Source: Escherichia coli
Lineage (GTDB): Bacteria; Pseudomonadota; Gammaproteobacteria; Enterobacterales; Enterobacteriaceae
NCBI RefSeq assembly: GCF_003334315.1
Contig: NZ_QOWR01000038.1
DNA length: 45,313 nt
Reading direction: 5' to 3' (one strand)
Of the stretch, positions 11,656 to 22,716 are shown one piece after another. Within the stretch, counting starts at the first letter, position 1; every line of letters starts with the position of its first letter. Below the pieces are notes generated by a model. That model ran no database searches and was not told the DNA's origin. It saw only the letters and a program-made list of their open reading frames with translations. A program made the position numbers and the translations under genes.

Positions 11656-12814
11656 AGTGAAATTGGCCGTACCGACATCCGGTGGCTTCTCCGGGCTGAA
11701 ATCACTGAATTTGCAGGTCTTCGTGATGATTGCAGCTATCATCGCAATCATGCTGTTCTTTACCTGGACCACCGATGGTGCCTACTTAAGCGCCCGTAAC
11801 GTCTCCAACCTGTTACGCCAGACCGCGATTACCGGCATCCTCGCGGTAGGAATGGTGTTCGTCATAATTTCTGCTGAAATCGACCTTTCCGTCGGCTCAA
11901 TGATGGGGCTGTTAGGTGGCGTCGCGGCGATTTGTGACGTCTGGTTAGGCTGGCCTTTGCCACTTACCATCATTGTGACGCTGGTTCTGGGACTGCTTCT
12001 CGGTGCCTGGAACGGATGGTGGGTCGCGTACCGTAAAGTCCCTTCATTTATTGTCACCCTCGCGGGCATGTTGGCATTTCGCGGCATACTCATTGGCATC
12101 ACCAACGGCACGACTGTATCCCCCACCAGCGCCGCGATGTCACAAATTGGGCAAAGCTATCTCCCCGCCAGTACCGGCTTCATCATTGGCGCGCTTGGCT
12201 TAATGGCTTTTGTTGGTTGGCAATGGCGCGGAAGAATGCGCCGTCAGGCTTTGGGTTTACAGTCTCCGGCCTCTACCGCAGTAGTCGGTCGCCAGGCTTT
12301 AACCGCTATCATCGTATTAGGCGCAATCTGGCTGTTGAATGATTACCGTGGCGTTCCCACTCCTGTTCTGCTGCTGACGTTGCTGTTACTCGGCGGAATG
12401 TTTATGGCAACGCGGACGGCATTTGGACGACGCATTTATGCCATCGGCGGCAATCTGGAAGCAGCACGTCTCTCCGGGATTAACGTTGAACGCACCAAAC
12501 TTGCCGTGTTCGCGATTAACGGATTAATGGTAGCCATCGCCGGATTAATCCTTAGTTCTCGACTTGGCGCTGGTTCACCTTCTGCGGGAAATATCGCCGA
12601 ACTGGACGCAATTGCAGCATGCGTGATTGGCGGCACCAGCCTGGCTGGCGGTGTGGGAAGCGTTGCCGGAGCAGTAATGGGGGCATTTATCATGGCTTCA
12701 CTGGATAACGGCATGAGTATGATGGATGTACCGACCTTCTGGCAGTATATCGTTAAAGGTGCGATTCTGTTGCTGGCAGTATGGATGGACTCCGCAACCA
12801 AACGCCGTTCTTGA
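11633..12814 (+). CDS. xylH: D-xylose ABC transporter permease
   Basis: 393-aa polytopic membrane protein of the sugar ABC permease type, following xylG. Confidence 0.95.
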
Positions 12815-12830
12815 TTTTGATAAAAATTTT

Positions 12831-12867
12831 CTCAAAGCCGGTTACGTATTACCGGTTTTGAGTTTTT
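12831..12867 (+). terminator. Probable rho-independent terminator between xylH and xylR
   Basis: Stem ctcaaagccggt / accggttttgag (one mismatch), followed by TTTTT at 12863-12867. Confidence 0.55.
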
Positions 12868-12891
12868 GCATGATTCAGCAGGAAAAGAACC

Positions 12892-14070
12892 ATGTTTACT
12901 AAACGTCACCGCATCACATTACTGTTCAATGCCAATAAAGCCTATGACCGGCAGGTAGTAGAAGGCGTAGGGGAATATTTACAGGCGTCACAATCGGAAT
13001 GGGATATTTTCATTGAAGAAGATTTCCGCGCCCGCATTGATAAAATCAAGGACTGGTTAGGAGATGGCGTCATTGCCGACTTCGACGACAAACAGATCGA
13101 GCAAGCGCTGGCTGATGTCGACGTCCCCATTGTTGGGGTTGGCGGCTCGTATCACCTTGCAGAAAGTTACCCACCCGTTCATTACATTGCCACCGATAAC
13201 TATGCGCTGGTTGAAAGCGCATTTTTGCATTTAAAAGAGAAAGGCGTTAACCGCTTTGCTTTTTATGGTCTTCCGGAATCAAGCGGCAAACGTTGGGCCA
13301 CTGAGCGCGAATATGCATTTCGTCAGCTTGTCGCCGAAGAAAAGTATCGCGGAGTGGTTTATCAGGGGTTAGAAACCGCGCCAGAGAACTGGCAACACGC
13401 GCAAAATCGGCTGGCAGACTGGCTACAAACGCTACCACCGCAAACCGGGATTATTGCCGTTACTGACGCCCGAGCGCGGCATATTCTGCAAGTATGTGAA
13501 CATCTACATATTCCCGTACCGGAAAAATTATGCGTGATTGGCATCGATAACGAAGAACTGACCCGCTATCTGTCGCGTGTCGCCCTTTCTTCGGTCGCTC
13601 AGGGCGCGCGGCAAATGGGCTATCAGGCGGCAAAACTGTTGCATCGATTATTAGATAAAGAAGAAATGCCGCTACAGCGAATTTTGGTCCCACCAGTTCG
13701 CGTCATTGAACGGCGCTCAACAGATTATCGCTCGCTGACCGATCCCGCCGTTATTCAGGCCATGCATTACATTCGTAATCACGCCTGTAAAGGGATTAAA
13801 GTGGATCAGGTACTGGATGCGGTCGGGATCTCGCGCTCCAATCTTGAGAAGCGTTTTAAAGAAGAGGTGGGTGAAACCATCCATGCCATGATTCATGCCG
13901 AGAAGCTGGAGAAAGCGCGCAGTCTGCTGATTTCAACCACCTTGTCGATCAATGAGATATCGCAAATGTGCGGTTATCCATCGCTGCAATATTTCTACTC
14001 TGTTTTTAAAAAAGCATATGACACGACGCCAAAAGAGTATCGCGATGTAAATAGCGAGGTCATGTTGTAG
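12892..14070 (+). CDS. xylR: Xylose operon transcriptional activator (periplasmic-binding-like domain plus AraC HTH)
   Basis: 392 aa with a C-terminal AraC-type HTH (INEISQMCGYPSLQYFYSVFKKAYDTTPKEYR). K-12 position. Confidence 0.95.
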   Translation: MFTKRHRITLLFNANKAYDRQVVEGVGEYLQASQSEWDIFIEEDFRARIDKIKDWLGDGVIADFDDKQIEQALADVDVPIVGVGGSYHLAESYPPVHYIATDNYALVESAFLHLKEKGVNRFAFYGLPESSGKRWATEREYAFRQLVAEEKYRGVVYQGLETAPENWQHAQNRLADWLQTLPPQTGIIAVTDARARHILQVCEHLHIPVPEKLCVIGIDNEELTRYLSRVALSSVAQGARQMGYQAAKLLHRLLDKEEMPLQRILVPPVRVIERRSTDYRSLTDPAVIQAMHYIRNHACKGIKVDQVLDAVGISRSNLEKRFKEEVGETIHAMIHAEKLEKARSLLISTTLSINEISQMCGYPSLQYFYSVFKKAYDTTPKEYRDVNSEVML

Positions 14071-14114
14071 CGATGATGAGAATTGTCGGCGTCACATCAG
14101 GTAACGCTGCGTGG

Positions 14115-14150
<36 letters not shown>

Positions 14151-14214
14151 CCGCCAGGCATGATAAAACGCACCAACAACGCTTCAGGCTCGTAGCTCAA
14201 CTGCCTGAGACAAA

Positions 14215-14252
14215 GTAAAAAGCCTTATCCGACTGACAAGTCGGATAAGGCT
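14215..14252 (-). terminator. Rho-independent terminator of bax
   Basis: 13-bp perfect stem agccttatccgac / gtcggataaggct with loop tgacaa. On the minus strand it is followed by TTTTAC. It lies 14 nt downstream of the bax stop. Confidence 0.7.
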
Positions 14253-14265
14253 CAAGGAAATGCAA

Positions 14266-15090
14266 TTACATATGCGCCGCGATTAACCGTTGGTTATCCT
14301 GGTACATTGCGAACAGGTAGTTGTTATAACTCTTCCCTTTGGTCGAGTAGCCCTTCAGCTTGTGAATCATCGCTGTGGCAGTCACTTCCTGATCCGCTTT
14401 ACGCAGCTGCGCACGCGATTTACGGAACGAAGAGTAAGCCGGGTGCGTATTCAGGTTAGTGACATAGGCGCTCACCGATTCTTTGACAGAACTAAACTGT
14501 GAGTACCCTTTCACTTTACCTGGCGCATTGGTACAACGTCCTTTCATGCATTTCATGCCGAACAGGTTGTTGTTGTTGCGCGCCAGCTTCGACGTTCCCC
14601 AACCGCTTTCTGCTGCAGCCATCGTCGCCACCATACTGGTGGGGATAATGTCTACGCGTTCAAGCAAGGTATTCCACGGGATTTTTCGCGTATTACCGGA
14701 CCACTTCACCTTGTAGCGTTTGGCGATGTCTTTCAGACGCGCACGCTCAGCAGGTGACCATTGGCCCTGATACTGTTTTGAAATGAGCCAGTTACGTTCC
14801 GCAGTAATGGCCGCATTTTGGCTGGTAATGTAAGGCATTACGGTCCGGAGAAACGCCTTTTTCCTTGGTGTTCCGGAAGGGTATTTTCGCAAATCAGGAA
14901 GTGAACTACTCTTTGCACTATTGCGAGAATACTCTTGTTTACTGCTTACCTGTTTATTACTAGCTTTAGTTAAGTGGGACTTTTGACTCGCTGTTGTTGT
15001 GTGCGTCTTCGCTAACACCTCACTCGAAAACACCAGAGTGAGTAACATAAGAATCATCGCCCCATATCGTCGTATGGGAGTCAAAATCAT
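14266..15090 (-). CDS. bax: Bax protein (putative glucosaminidase/muramidase domain)
   Basis: 274-aa ORF with an N-terminal signal/anchor and a C-terminal AAAESGWGTSKLARNNNNLFG motif (mannosyl-glycoprotein endo-beta-N-acetylglucosaminidase-like). K-12 position. Confidence 0.88.
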   Translation of the reverse strand: MILTPIRRYGAMILMLLTLVFSSEVLAKTHTTTASQKSHLTKASNKQVSSKQEYSRNSAKSSSLPDLRKYPSGTPRKKAFLRTVMPYITSQNAAITAERNWLISKQYQGQWSPAERARLKDIAKRYKVKWSGNTRKIPWNTLLERVDIIPTSMVATMAAAESGWGTSKLARNNNNLFGMKCMKGRCTNAPGKVKGYSQFSSVKESVSAYVTNLNTHPAYSSFRKSRAQLRKADQEVTATAMIHKLKGYSTKGKSYNNYLFAMYQDNQRLIAAHM

Positions 15091-15318
15091 CAGGTCTCCT
15101 GGTCGGATTTAATCATTCCAACACCTTATATTTTTCACAAATTTGAGAGTTGAATCTCAAATCATATCAAAAATAGCTGTCAAGAGCACCCCAAGGAATA
15201 GTCCAAATCTGAAACTATGTCACGTGTTAACGATTCAGATTGGCGCTAAATCGCAGAAAATGTGGGGGTTATCGCAAAATTCAGCCGTTTTTTGCGCGAG
15301 ATCGCTCACCCTTGCTTC

Positions 15319-15349
15319 TCATCCTGTGGACTTACCGCTCAGGGATGAG
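15319..15349 (+). promoter_or_regulatory. Putative MalT boxes of the malS promoter
   Basis: GGATGA hexamers in inverted orientation: the complement of tcatcc at 15319-15324, and gggatgag at 15342-15349, about 60-90 nt upstream of the malS ATG. malS is a known MalT regulon member. The site assignment is by eye. Confidence 0.4.
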
Positions 15350-15409
15350 TTTTGTTTGGCTTATCGCTGGCAAACTGTCTGAAATCGCAGCAATAAGGAC
15401 TCATCCGCC

Positions 15410-17440
15410 ATGAAACTCGCCGCCTGTTTTCTGACACTCCTTCCTGGCTTCGCCGTTGCCGCCAGCTGGACTTCTCCGGGGTTTCCCGCCTTTAGCGAAC
15501 AGGGGACAGGAACATTTGTCAGCCACGCGCAGTTGCCCAAAGGTACGCGTCCACTAACGCTAAATTTTGACCAACAGTGCTGGCAGCCTGCGGATGCGAT
15601 AAAACTCAATCAGATGCTTTCCCTGCAACCTTGTAGCAACACGCCGCCTCAATGGCGATTGTTCAGGGACGGCGAATATACGCTGCAAATAGACACCCGC
15701 TCCGGTACGCCAACATTGATGATTTCCATCCAGAACGCCGCCGAACCGGTAGCAAGCCTGGTCCGTGAATGCCCGAAATGGGATGGATTACCGCTCACAG
15801 TGGATGTCAGCGCCACTTTCCCGGAAGGAGCCGCCGTACGGGATTATTACAGCCAGCAAATTGCGATAGTGAAGAACGGTCAAATAATGTTACAACCCGC
15901 TGCCACCAGCAACGGTTTACTCCTGCTGGAACGGGCAGAAACTGACACATCCGCCCCTTTCGACTGGCATAACGCCACGGTTTACTTTGTGCTGACAGAT
16001 CGTTTCGAAAACGGCGATCCCAGTAATGACCAGAGTTACGGACGTCATAAAGACGGTATGGCGGAAATTGGCACTTTTCACGGCGGCGATTTACGCGGCC
16101 TGACCAACAAACTGGATTACCTCCAGCAGTTGGGCGTTAATGCTTTATGGATAAGCGCCCCATTTGAGCAAATTCACGGCTGGGTCGGCGGCGGTACAAA
16201 AGGCGATTTCCCGCATTATGCCTACCACGGTTATTACACACAGGACTGGACGAATCTTGATGCCAATATGGGCAACGAAGCCGATCTACGGACGCTGGTT
16301 GATAGCGCACATCAGCGCGGTATTCGTATTCTCTTTGATGTCGTGATGAACCACACCGGCTATGCCACGCTGGCGGATATGCAGGAGTATCAGTTTGGCG
16401 CGTTATATCTTTCTGGTGACGAAGTGAAAAAATCGCTGGGTGAACGCTGGAGCGACTGGAAACCTGCCGCCGGGCAAACCTGGCATAGCTTTAACGATTA
16501 CATTAATTTCAGCGACAAAACAGGCTGGGATAAATGGTGGGGAAAAAACTGGATCAGAACGGATATCGGCGATTACGACAATCCTGGATTCGACGATCTC
16601 ACTATGTCGCTAGCCTTTTTGCCGGATATCAAAACCGAATCAACTACCGCTTCTGGTCTGCCGGTGTTCTATAAAAACAAAATGGATACCCACGCCAAAG
16701 CCATTGACGGCTATACGCCGCGCGATTACTTAACCCACTGGTTAAGTCAGTGGGTCCGCGACTATGGGATTGATGGTTTTCGGGTCGATACCGCCAAACA
16801 TGTTGAGTTGCCCGCCTGGCAGCAACTGAAAACCGAAGCCAGCGCCGCGCTTCGCGAATGGAAAAAAGCTAACCCCGACAAAGCATTAGATGACAAACCT
16901 TTCTGGATGACCGGTGAAGCCTGGGGCCACGGCGTGATGCAAAGTGACTACTATCGCCACGGCTTCGATGCGATGATCAATTTCGATTATCAGGAGCAGG
17001 CGGCGAAAGCAGTCGACTGTCTGGCGCAGATGGATACGACCTGGCAGCAAATGGCGGAGAAATTGCAGGGTTTCAACGTGTTGAGCTACCTCTCGTCGCA
17101 TGATACCCGCCTGTTCCGTGAAGGGGGCGACAAAGCAGCAGAGTTATTACTATTAGCGCCAGGCGCGGTACAAATCTTTTATGGTGATGAATCCTCGCGT
17201 CCGTTCGGTCCTACAGGTTCTGATCCGCTGCAAGGTACACGTTCGGATATGAACTGGCAGGATGTTAGCGGTAAATCTGCCGCCAGCGTCGCGCACTGGC
17301 AGAAAATCAGCCAGTTCCGCGCCCGCCATCCCGCAATTGGCGCGGGCAAACAAACGACACTTTTGCTGAAGCAGGGCTACGGCTTTGTTCGTGAGCATGG
17401 CGACGATAAAGTGCTGGTCGTCTGGGCAGGGCAACAGTAA
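15410..17440 (+). CDS. malS: Periplasmic alpha-amylase
   Basis: 676 aa with a signal peptide (MKLAACFLTLLPGFAVAASW) and GH13 motifs (DVVMNHTG, GFRVDTAKH, EAWGH, FLSSHD-like YLSSHD). Confidence 0.95.
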   Translation: MKLAACFLTLLPGFAVAASWTSPGFPAFSEQGTGTFVSHAQLPKGTRPLTLNFDQQCWQPADAIKLNQMLSLQPCSNTPPQWRLFRDGEYTLQIDTRSGTPTLMISIQNAAEPVASLVRECPKWDGLPLTVDVSATFPEGAAVRDYYSQQIAIVKNGQIMLQPAATSNGLLLLERAETDTSAPFDWHNATVYFVLTDRFENGDPSNDQSYGRHKDGMAEIGTFHGGDLRGLTNKLDYLQQLGVNALWISAPFEQIHGWVGGGTKGDFPHYAYHGYYTQDWTNLDANMGNEADLRTLVDSAHQRGIRILFDVVMNHTGYATLADMQEYQFGALYLSGDEVKKSLGERWSDWKPAAGQTWHSFNDYINFSDKTGWDKWWGKNWIRTDIGDYDNPGFDDLTMSLAFLPDIKTESTTASGLPVFYKNKMDTHAKAIDGYTPRDYLTHWLSQWVRDYGIDGFRVDTAKHVELPAWQQLKTEASAALREWKKANPDKALDDKPFWMTGEAWGHGVMQSDYYRHGFDAMINFDYQEQAAKAVDCLAQMDTTWQQMAEKLQGFNVLSYLSSHDTRLFREGGDKAAELLLLAPGAVQIFYGDESSRPFGPTGSDPLQGTRSDMNWQDVSGKSAASVAHWQKISQFRARHPAIGAGKQTTLLLKQGYGFVREHGDDKVLVVWAGQQ

Positions 17441-17617
17441 CTTTTCCGGCTTCCCGTTCGTCAGTACCTCGGGAAGCCGCCAACCAGGATAAAATGTCAG
17501 CCCTAATCAGCGTTGCAGGATAAAGCACCGCTCACTCTTCAACAGACCGATTTGCACCCCAGCAAATGTAGCGTTATTGTTACCTTCCTTGCTACAGAGT
17601 TCGACAGATATCCCGCT

Positions 17618-18871
17618 ATGACATTCTCCCTTTTTGGTGACAAATTTACCCGCCACTCCGGCATTACGCTGTTGATGGAAGATCTGAACGACGGTTTACG
17701 CACGCCTGGCGCGATTATGCTCGGCGGCGGTAATCCGGCGCAGATCCCGGAAATGCAGGACTACTTCCAGACGCTACTGACCGACATGCTGGAAAGTGGC
17801 AAAGCGACTGATGCACTGTGTAACTACGACGGTCCACAGGGGAAAACGGAGCTACTCACACTGCTTGCCGGAATGCTGCGCGAGAAGTTGGGTTGGGATA
17901 TCGAACCACAGAATATTGCACTAACAAACGGCAGCCAGAGCGCGTTTTTCTACTTATTTAACCTGTTTGCCGGACGCCGTGCCGATGGTCGGGTCAAAAA
18001 AGTGCTGTTCCCGCTTGCACCGGAATACATTGGCTATGCTGACGCCGGACTGGAAGAAGATCTGTTTGTCTCTGCGCGTCCGAATATTGAACTGCTGCCG
18101 GAAGGCCAGTTTAAATACCACGTCGATTTTGAGCATCTGCATATTGGCGAAGAAACCGGGATGATTTGCGTCTCCCGGCCGACGAATCCAACAGGCAATG
18201 TGATTACTGACGAAGAGTTGCTGAAGCTTGACGCGCTGGCGAATCAACACGGCATTCCGCTGGTGATTGATAACGCTTATGGCGTCCCGTTCCCGGGTAT
18301 CATCTTCAGTGAAGCGCGCCCGCTATGGAATCCGAATATCGTGCTGTGCATGAGTCTTTCCAAGCTGGGTCTACCTGGCTCCCGCTGCGGCATTATCATC
18401 GCCAATGAAAAAATCATCACCGCCATCACCAATATGAACGGCATTATCAGCCTGGCACCTGGCGGTATTGGTCCGGCGATGATGTGTGAAATGATTAAGC
18501 GTAACGATCTGCTGCGCCTGTCTGAAACAGTCATCAAACCGTTTTACTACCAGCGTGTTCAGGAAACTATCGCCATCATTCGCCGCTATTTACCGGAAAA
18601 TCGCTGCCTGATTCATAAACCGGAAGGAGCCATTTTCCTCTGGCTATGGTTTAAGGATTTGCCCATTACGACCGAGCAGCTCTATCAGCGCCTGAAAGCA
18701 CGCGGCGTGCTGATGGTGCCGGGGCACAACTTCTTCCCAGGGCTGGATAAACCGTGGCCGCATACGCATCAATGTATGCGCATGAACTACGTACCAGAGC
18801 CGGAGAAAATTGAGGCGGGGGTGAAGATTCTGGCGGAAGAGATAGAAAGAGCCTGGGCTGAAAGTCACTAA
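17618..18871 (+). CDS. avtA: Valine--pyruvate aminotransferase
   Basis: Starting at MTFSLFGDKFTRHSGITLLMEDL gives the 417-aa K-12 length. The track ORF carries a 35-codon upstream extension. PLP lysine context SLSKLGLPG. Confidence 0.92.
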   Translation: MTFSLFGDKFTRHSGITLLMEDLNDGLRTPGAIMLGGGNPAQIPEMQDYFQTLLTDMLESGKATDALCNYDGPQGKTELLTLLAGMLREKLGWDIEPQNIALTNGSQSAFFYLFNLFAGRRADGRVKKVLFPLAPEYIGYADAGLEEDLFVSARPNIELLPEGQFKYHVDFEHLHIGEETGMICVSRPTNPTGNVITDEELLKLDALANQHGIPLVIDNAYGVPFPGIIFSEARPLWNPNIVLCMSLSKLGLPGSRCGIIIANEKIITAITNMNGIISLAPGGIGPAMMCEMIKRNDLLRLSETVIKPFYYQRVQETIAIIRRYLPENRCLIHKPEGAIFLWLWFKDLPITTEQLYQRLKARGVLMVPGHNFFPGLDKPWPHTHQCMRMNYVPEPEKIEAGVKILAEEIERAWAESH

Positions 18872-18876
18872 AAATT

Positions 18877-18974
18877 GCCTGATGCGCTACGCTTATCAGG
18901 CCTACATGATTTCTGCAATATATTGAATTTGGAAGAATTTGTAGGCCGGATAGGGCGTTTACGCCGCATCTGGC
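18877..18974. repeat. BIME: two inverted REP elements
   Basis: gcctgatgcgctacgcttatcaggcctac (18877-18905) and the inverted gtaggccggatagggcgtttacgccgcatctggc (18941-18974), between the convergent genes avtA and ysaA. Confidence 0.8.
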
Positions 18975-19021
18975 ATAAACAAAGCACGCTATTCCGGCGT
19001 TGAGAAACGCCGGAAAACGTT

Positions 19022-19495
19022 TCAAACAGGCTGCTGCCGTAGCCGATGCCGCTGCACTTTCTCGACATCCATGCACTGCAACGCCTTTGTCGGGCAGGCT
19101 TCAACACAGGCCGGTCCCGTCTCCCGATGCCAGCACAGATCGCACTTAATCGCCCTCGCCTTTTTGCGCGAAGAAACGACCTCCATCGCACCAAACGGGC
19201 AAGCCAGCATACAGCTTTTACAGCCAATGCAACGTGTTTGTTCAACGAAAATATGCCCTTGTTCGCGGCTTATCGCGTCAACAGGGCAGACATTCGCGCA
19301 CGGTGCATCTTCACACTGATGACAGGCTACTGCCGTGGTCCAGCTGTGGTCTTTAATGACACGAATACGGGAAATAAACTCGTCTGGTGACAACGCAGCG
19401 CAATCCTGATTCTCCTGATGCGACACTGCGCAAGCCACTTCACAGGTACGGCAACCGATACATTTCGTCGCATCCGCAATAATAAACCGGTTCAT
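19022..19495 (-). CDS. ysaA: 4Fe-4S ferredoxin-type protein YsaA
   Basis: MNRFIIADATKCIGCRTCEVAC... with multiple CxxCxxCxxxCP clusters. 157 aa from the third codon of the track ORF. Confidence 0.88.
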   Translation of the reverse strand: MNRFIIADATKCIGCRTCEVACAVSHQENQDCAALSPDEFISRIRVIKDHSWTTAVACHQCEDAPCANVCPVDAISREQGHIFVEQTRCIGCKSCMLACPFGAMEVVSSRKKARAIKCDLCWHRETGPACVEACPTKALQCMDVEKVQRHRLRQQPV

Positions 19496-19596
19496 GATCA
19501 CTCCTTTGCACTAAAACAGCAGAGTGCCAGAGAGCGCGTCCCTACTGCTTTGATCCAACGAAGGAAATGTTAAAGTTTTGGCACTTGTCCAAAGCG

Positions 19597-20445
19597 TTAT
19601 GTGATCGCGCCCAGGTCGTCCCTGACAGTAAATCCCAGTTCATTAGAAATAGCCTGCGCGGTTTCACGCAGTGGTTTCAGGAGATTTTTCTCCCCCACCT
19701 GTTTCAGACGTGATGTCGAAAGCGAAATCGACACGGCGTACGGCACCCGCCCATGAATATCAAACACCGGAACAGCAATACAGGAGACGCCGAGTTCGTT
19801 TTCTTCTCTGTCCATCGCCGCTCCGCTTTCACGAATGTGCGCCAGTTCGTCGAACATCGCGGGCAGCTTGGTAATGGTATTGCGGGTTAACGGCTGGATC
19901 TCATGCTGATGGTTTTCCCAGTATGACTTCACGTAGTCCGGGTGACCAAACGCCATGTAGATCTTGCCCATTGCGGAACAGTAGAGCGGCATATGCTGGC
20001 CAATATAGGCACGGGTTCGCAGCATCCCGGTTGTGGGTTCCAGCTTATAAATCAAAATAGCGTGATCGTCTTCGCGGCTGGAGAAGTTAATGGTTTCACC
20101 AGTGGCGATGTTCAGTGCCTCAAGATGCGGAGCGGCGATATGAATGATATTCAGCGAAGACAGCGCCTTCTGCCCGACGGCAATAAATTTGGTAGTCAGG
20201 CGGTAACTCCCTGCGGCGGGCGCGGTGGTCACATAGCCGCAGGACTGTAATCCCTGCAATAAGCGATGGACGGTACTCTTATTTAAACCAGCCAGCTCCG
20301 AAAGATGCGCCAACGGACAACCGTTTGGATAGTTGCTCAAAATCTCAATCAGCATCAACCCGCGAAACAGACTCTGGCTTCCGGCTGGACGCTCTTTTTC
20401 CTGCGCCATCTCGTTCTCTTTTTTTCCCATCACTTCTTTCCCCAT
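19597..20445 (-). CDS. yiaJ: IclR-family transcriptional repressor of the yiaK-sgbE operon
   Basis: 282 aa with an IclR-type N-terminal wHTH (SLFRGLMLIEILSNYPNGCPLAHLSELAGLNKSTVHRLL). Divergent from yiaK as in K-12 (also called plaR). Confidence 0.9.
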   Translation of the reverse strand: MGKEVMGKKENEMAQEKERPAGSQSLFRGLMLIEILSNYPNGCPLAHLSELAGLNKSTVHRLLQGLQSCGYVTTAPAAGSYRLTTKFIAVGQKALSSLNIIHIAAPHLEALNIATGETINFSSREDDHAILIYKLEPTTGMLRTRAYIGQHMPLYCSAMGKIYMAFGHPDYVKSYWENHQHEIQPLTRNTITKLPAMFDELAHIRESGAAMDREENELGVSCIAVPVFDIHGRVPYAVSISLSTSRLKQVGEKNLLKPLRETAQAISNELGFTVRDDLGAIT

Positions 20446-20645
20446 TTTGTCGCGTCCTGATGGTAGCGCAAAGTGTGCCGTAGTTCACGATCTCGACAGA
20501 TAATTTATAACCAATTGATTTTTATGTCTTTTGAAATTCATCAATCAGATTGCTTTGTTAAAAAGTGATCGATATATTTGAAATCAAGTTTCGCATATTG
20601 AAATTTTAAGCCAAAAAAGCGATCAAAAAAACAAGGAAGCCTGGG
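20446..20645. promoter_or_regulatory. Divergent yiaJ / yiaK-S promoter-operator region
   Basis: A 200-bp AT-rich intergenic region between divergent yiaJ and yiaK. The presence of a YiaJ operator and CRP control follows from established knowledge; the sites were not mapped here. Confidence 0.5.
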
Positions 20646-21644
20646 ATGAAAGTGACATTTGAGCAGTTAAAAGCAGCCTTTAATCGGGTCTTAATTTCAC
20701 GCGGCGTTGACAGCGAAACGGCTGACGCCTGTGCAGAGATGTTCGCCCGCACCACCGAATCCGGCGTTTATTCTCACGGCGTTAATCGTTTCCCTCGTTT
20801 CATTCAACAACTGGAAAACGGCGATATCATTCCTGATGCCCAACCCAAACGTATAACCAGCCTCGGCGCAATTGAACAGTGGGACGCCCAGCGTTCGATC
20901 GGTAACCTGACAGCGAAAAAGATGATGGATCGCGCCATTGAACTGGCTGCCGATCACGGTATTGGTCTGGTGGCACTACGTAATGCCAACCACTGGATGC
21001 GCGGCGGCAGCTACGGCTGGCAGGCGGCGGAAAAAGGCTATATTGGCATTTGCTGGACCAACTCCATCGCCGTAATGCCGCCGTGGGGCGCAAAAGAGTG
21101 TCGCATCGGCACTAACCCGCTGATCGTCGCCATTCCTTCCACGCCGATCACCATGGTCGATATGTCGATGTCGATGTTCTCTTACGGCATGTTAGAAGTT
21201 AACCGTCTGGCAGGTCGTCAGCTCCCGGTCGATGGTGGCTTTGATGATGAGGGCAATTTGACCAAAGAACCTGGCGTTATCGAGAAGAATCGCCGCATTT
21301 TGCCGATGGGCTACTGGAAAGGTTCTGGCATGTCGATTGTGCTGGATATGATCGCTACTCTCCTTTCCGACGGCGCATCCGTTGCCGAAGTCACCCAGGA
21401 CAACAGCGACGAATACGGCATTTCACAAATTTTTATTGCCATTGAAGTGGACAAGCTTATCGACGGTCCCACCCGCGATGCCAAGCTGCAACGCATCATG
21501 GATTACGTTACTAGTGCCGAGCGTGCTGACGAAAATCAGGCCATTCGCTTACCCGGCCATGAATTTACTACCCTGCTGGCCGAAAACCGCCGTAACGGCA
21601 TCACTGTTGATGACAGCGTGTGGGCCAAAATCCAGGCGTTATGA
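20646..21644 (+). CDS. yiaK: 2,3-diketo-L-gulonate reductase (Ldh_2 family)
   Basis: 332 aa starting [23 protein letters not shown]-12 YiaK/DlgD. Confidence 0.92.
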
Positions 21645-21652
21645 GGAGATAA

Positions 21653-22123
<471 letters not shown>

Positions 22124-22240
22124 TCGAATAATCGTCTACGCCAGAGCGCCTGGGTAATGTTATTGCTCTAACTATATTAATAATTCAGGTTGCTGCACAT
22201 GCGACTTGAATTATGACAGACATAGCCTCAAGGAATAGCT

Positions 22241-22714
22241 ATGAAAAAAATACTCGAAGCAATACTGGCGATTAATCTCGCCGTACTTTCCTGTATTGTA
22301 TTTATAAACATTATTTTAAGATATGGTTTTCAGACAAGCATTTTATCTGTTGATGAATTGTCACGTTATTTATTTGTCTGGTTAACGTTTATTGGCGCGA
22401 TTGTAGCTTTTATGGATAACGCCCACGTTCAGGTCACCTTTCTGGTGGAGAAACTCTCCCCCGCATGGCAGCGACGAGTCGCTCTGGTTACCCATTCCTT
22501 AATCTTATTTATTTGTGGCGCACTGGCCTGGGGCGCAACGCTAAAAACAATTCAGGACTGGAGCGATTATTCACCGATCCTCGGTTTACCCATCGGCCTG
22601 ATGTATGCCGCTTGTCTGCCCACCAGCCTCGTTATCGCATTCTTTGAACTGCGTCATTTATATCAACTCATCACGCGTAGCAATTCTCTAACGTCGCCAC
22701 CGCAAGGAGCTTAA
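22241..22714 (+). CDS. yiaM: TRAP transporter small permease subunit
   Basis: 157 aa with 4 hydrophobic helices (DctQ-like), immediately upstream of the large subunit. Confidence 0.9.
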
Positions 22715-22716
22715 TC

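Noticed and set aside
18666-19245. Minus-strand ORFs of 136 and 125 aa spanning the avtA 3' end, the BIME repeat and ysaA
   Set aside because: They run through REP/BIME sequence and overlap the real genes avtA and ysaA out of frame. The translations are Arg/Ala/Cys-rich with no domain signature.
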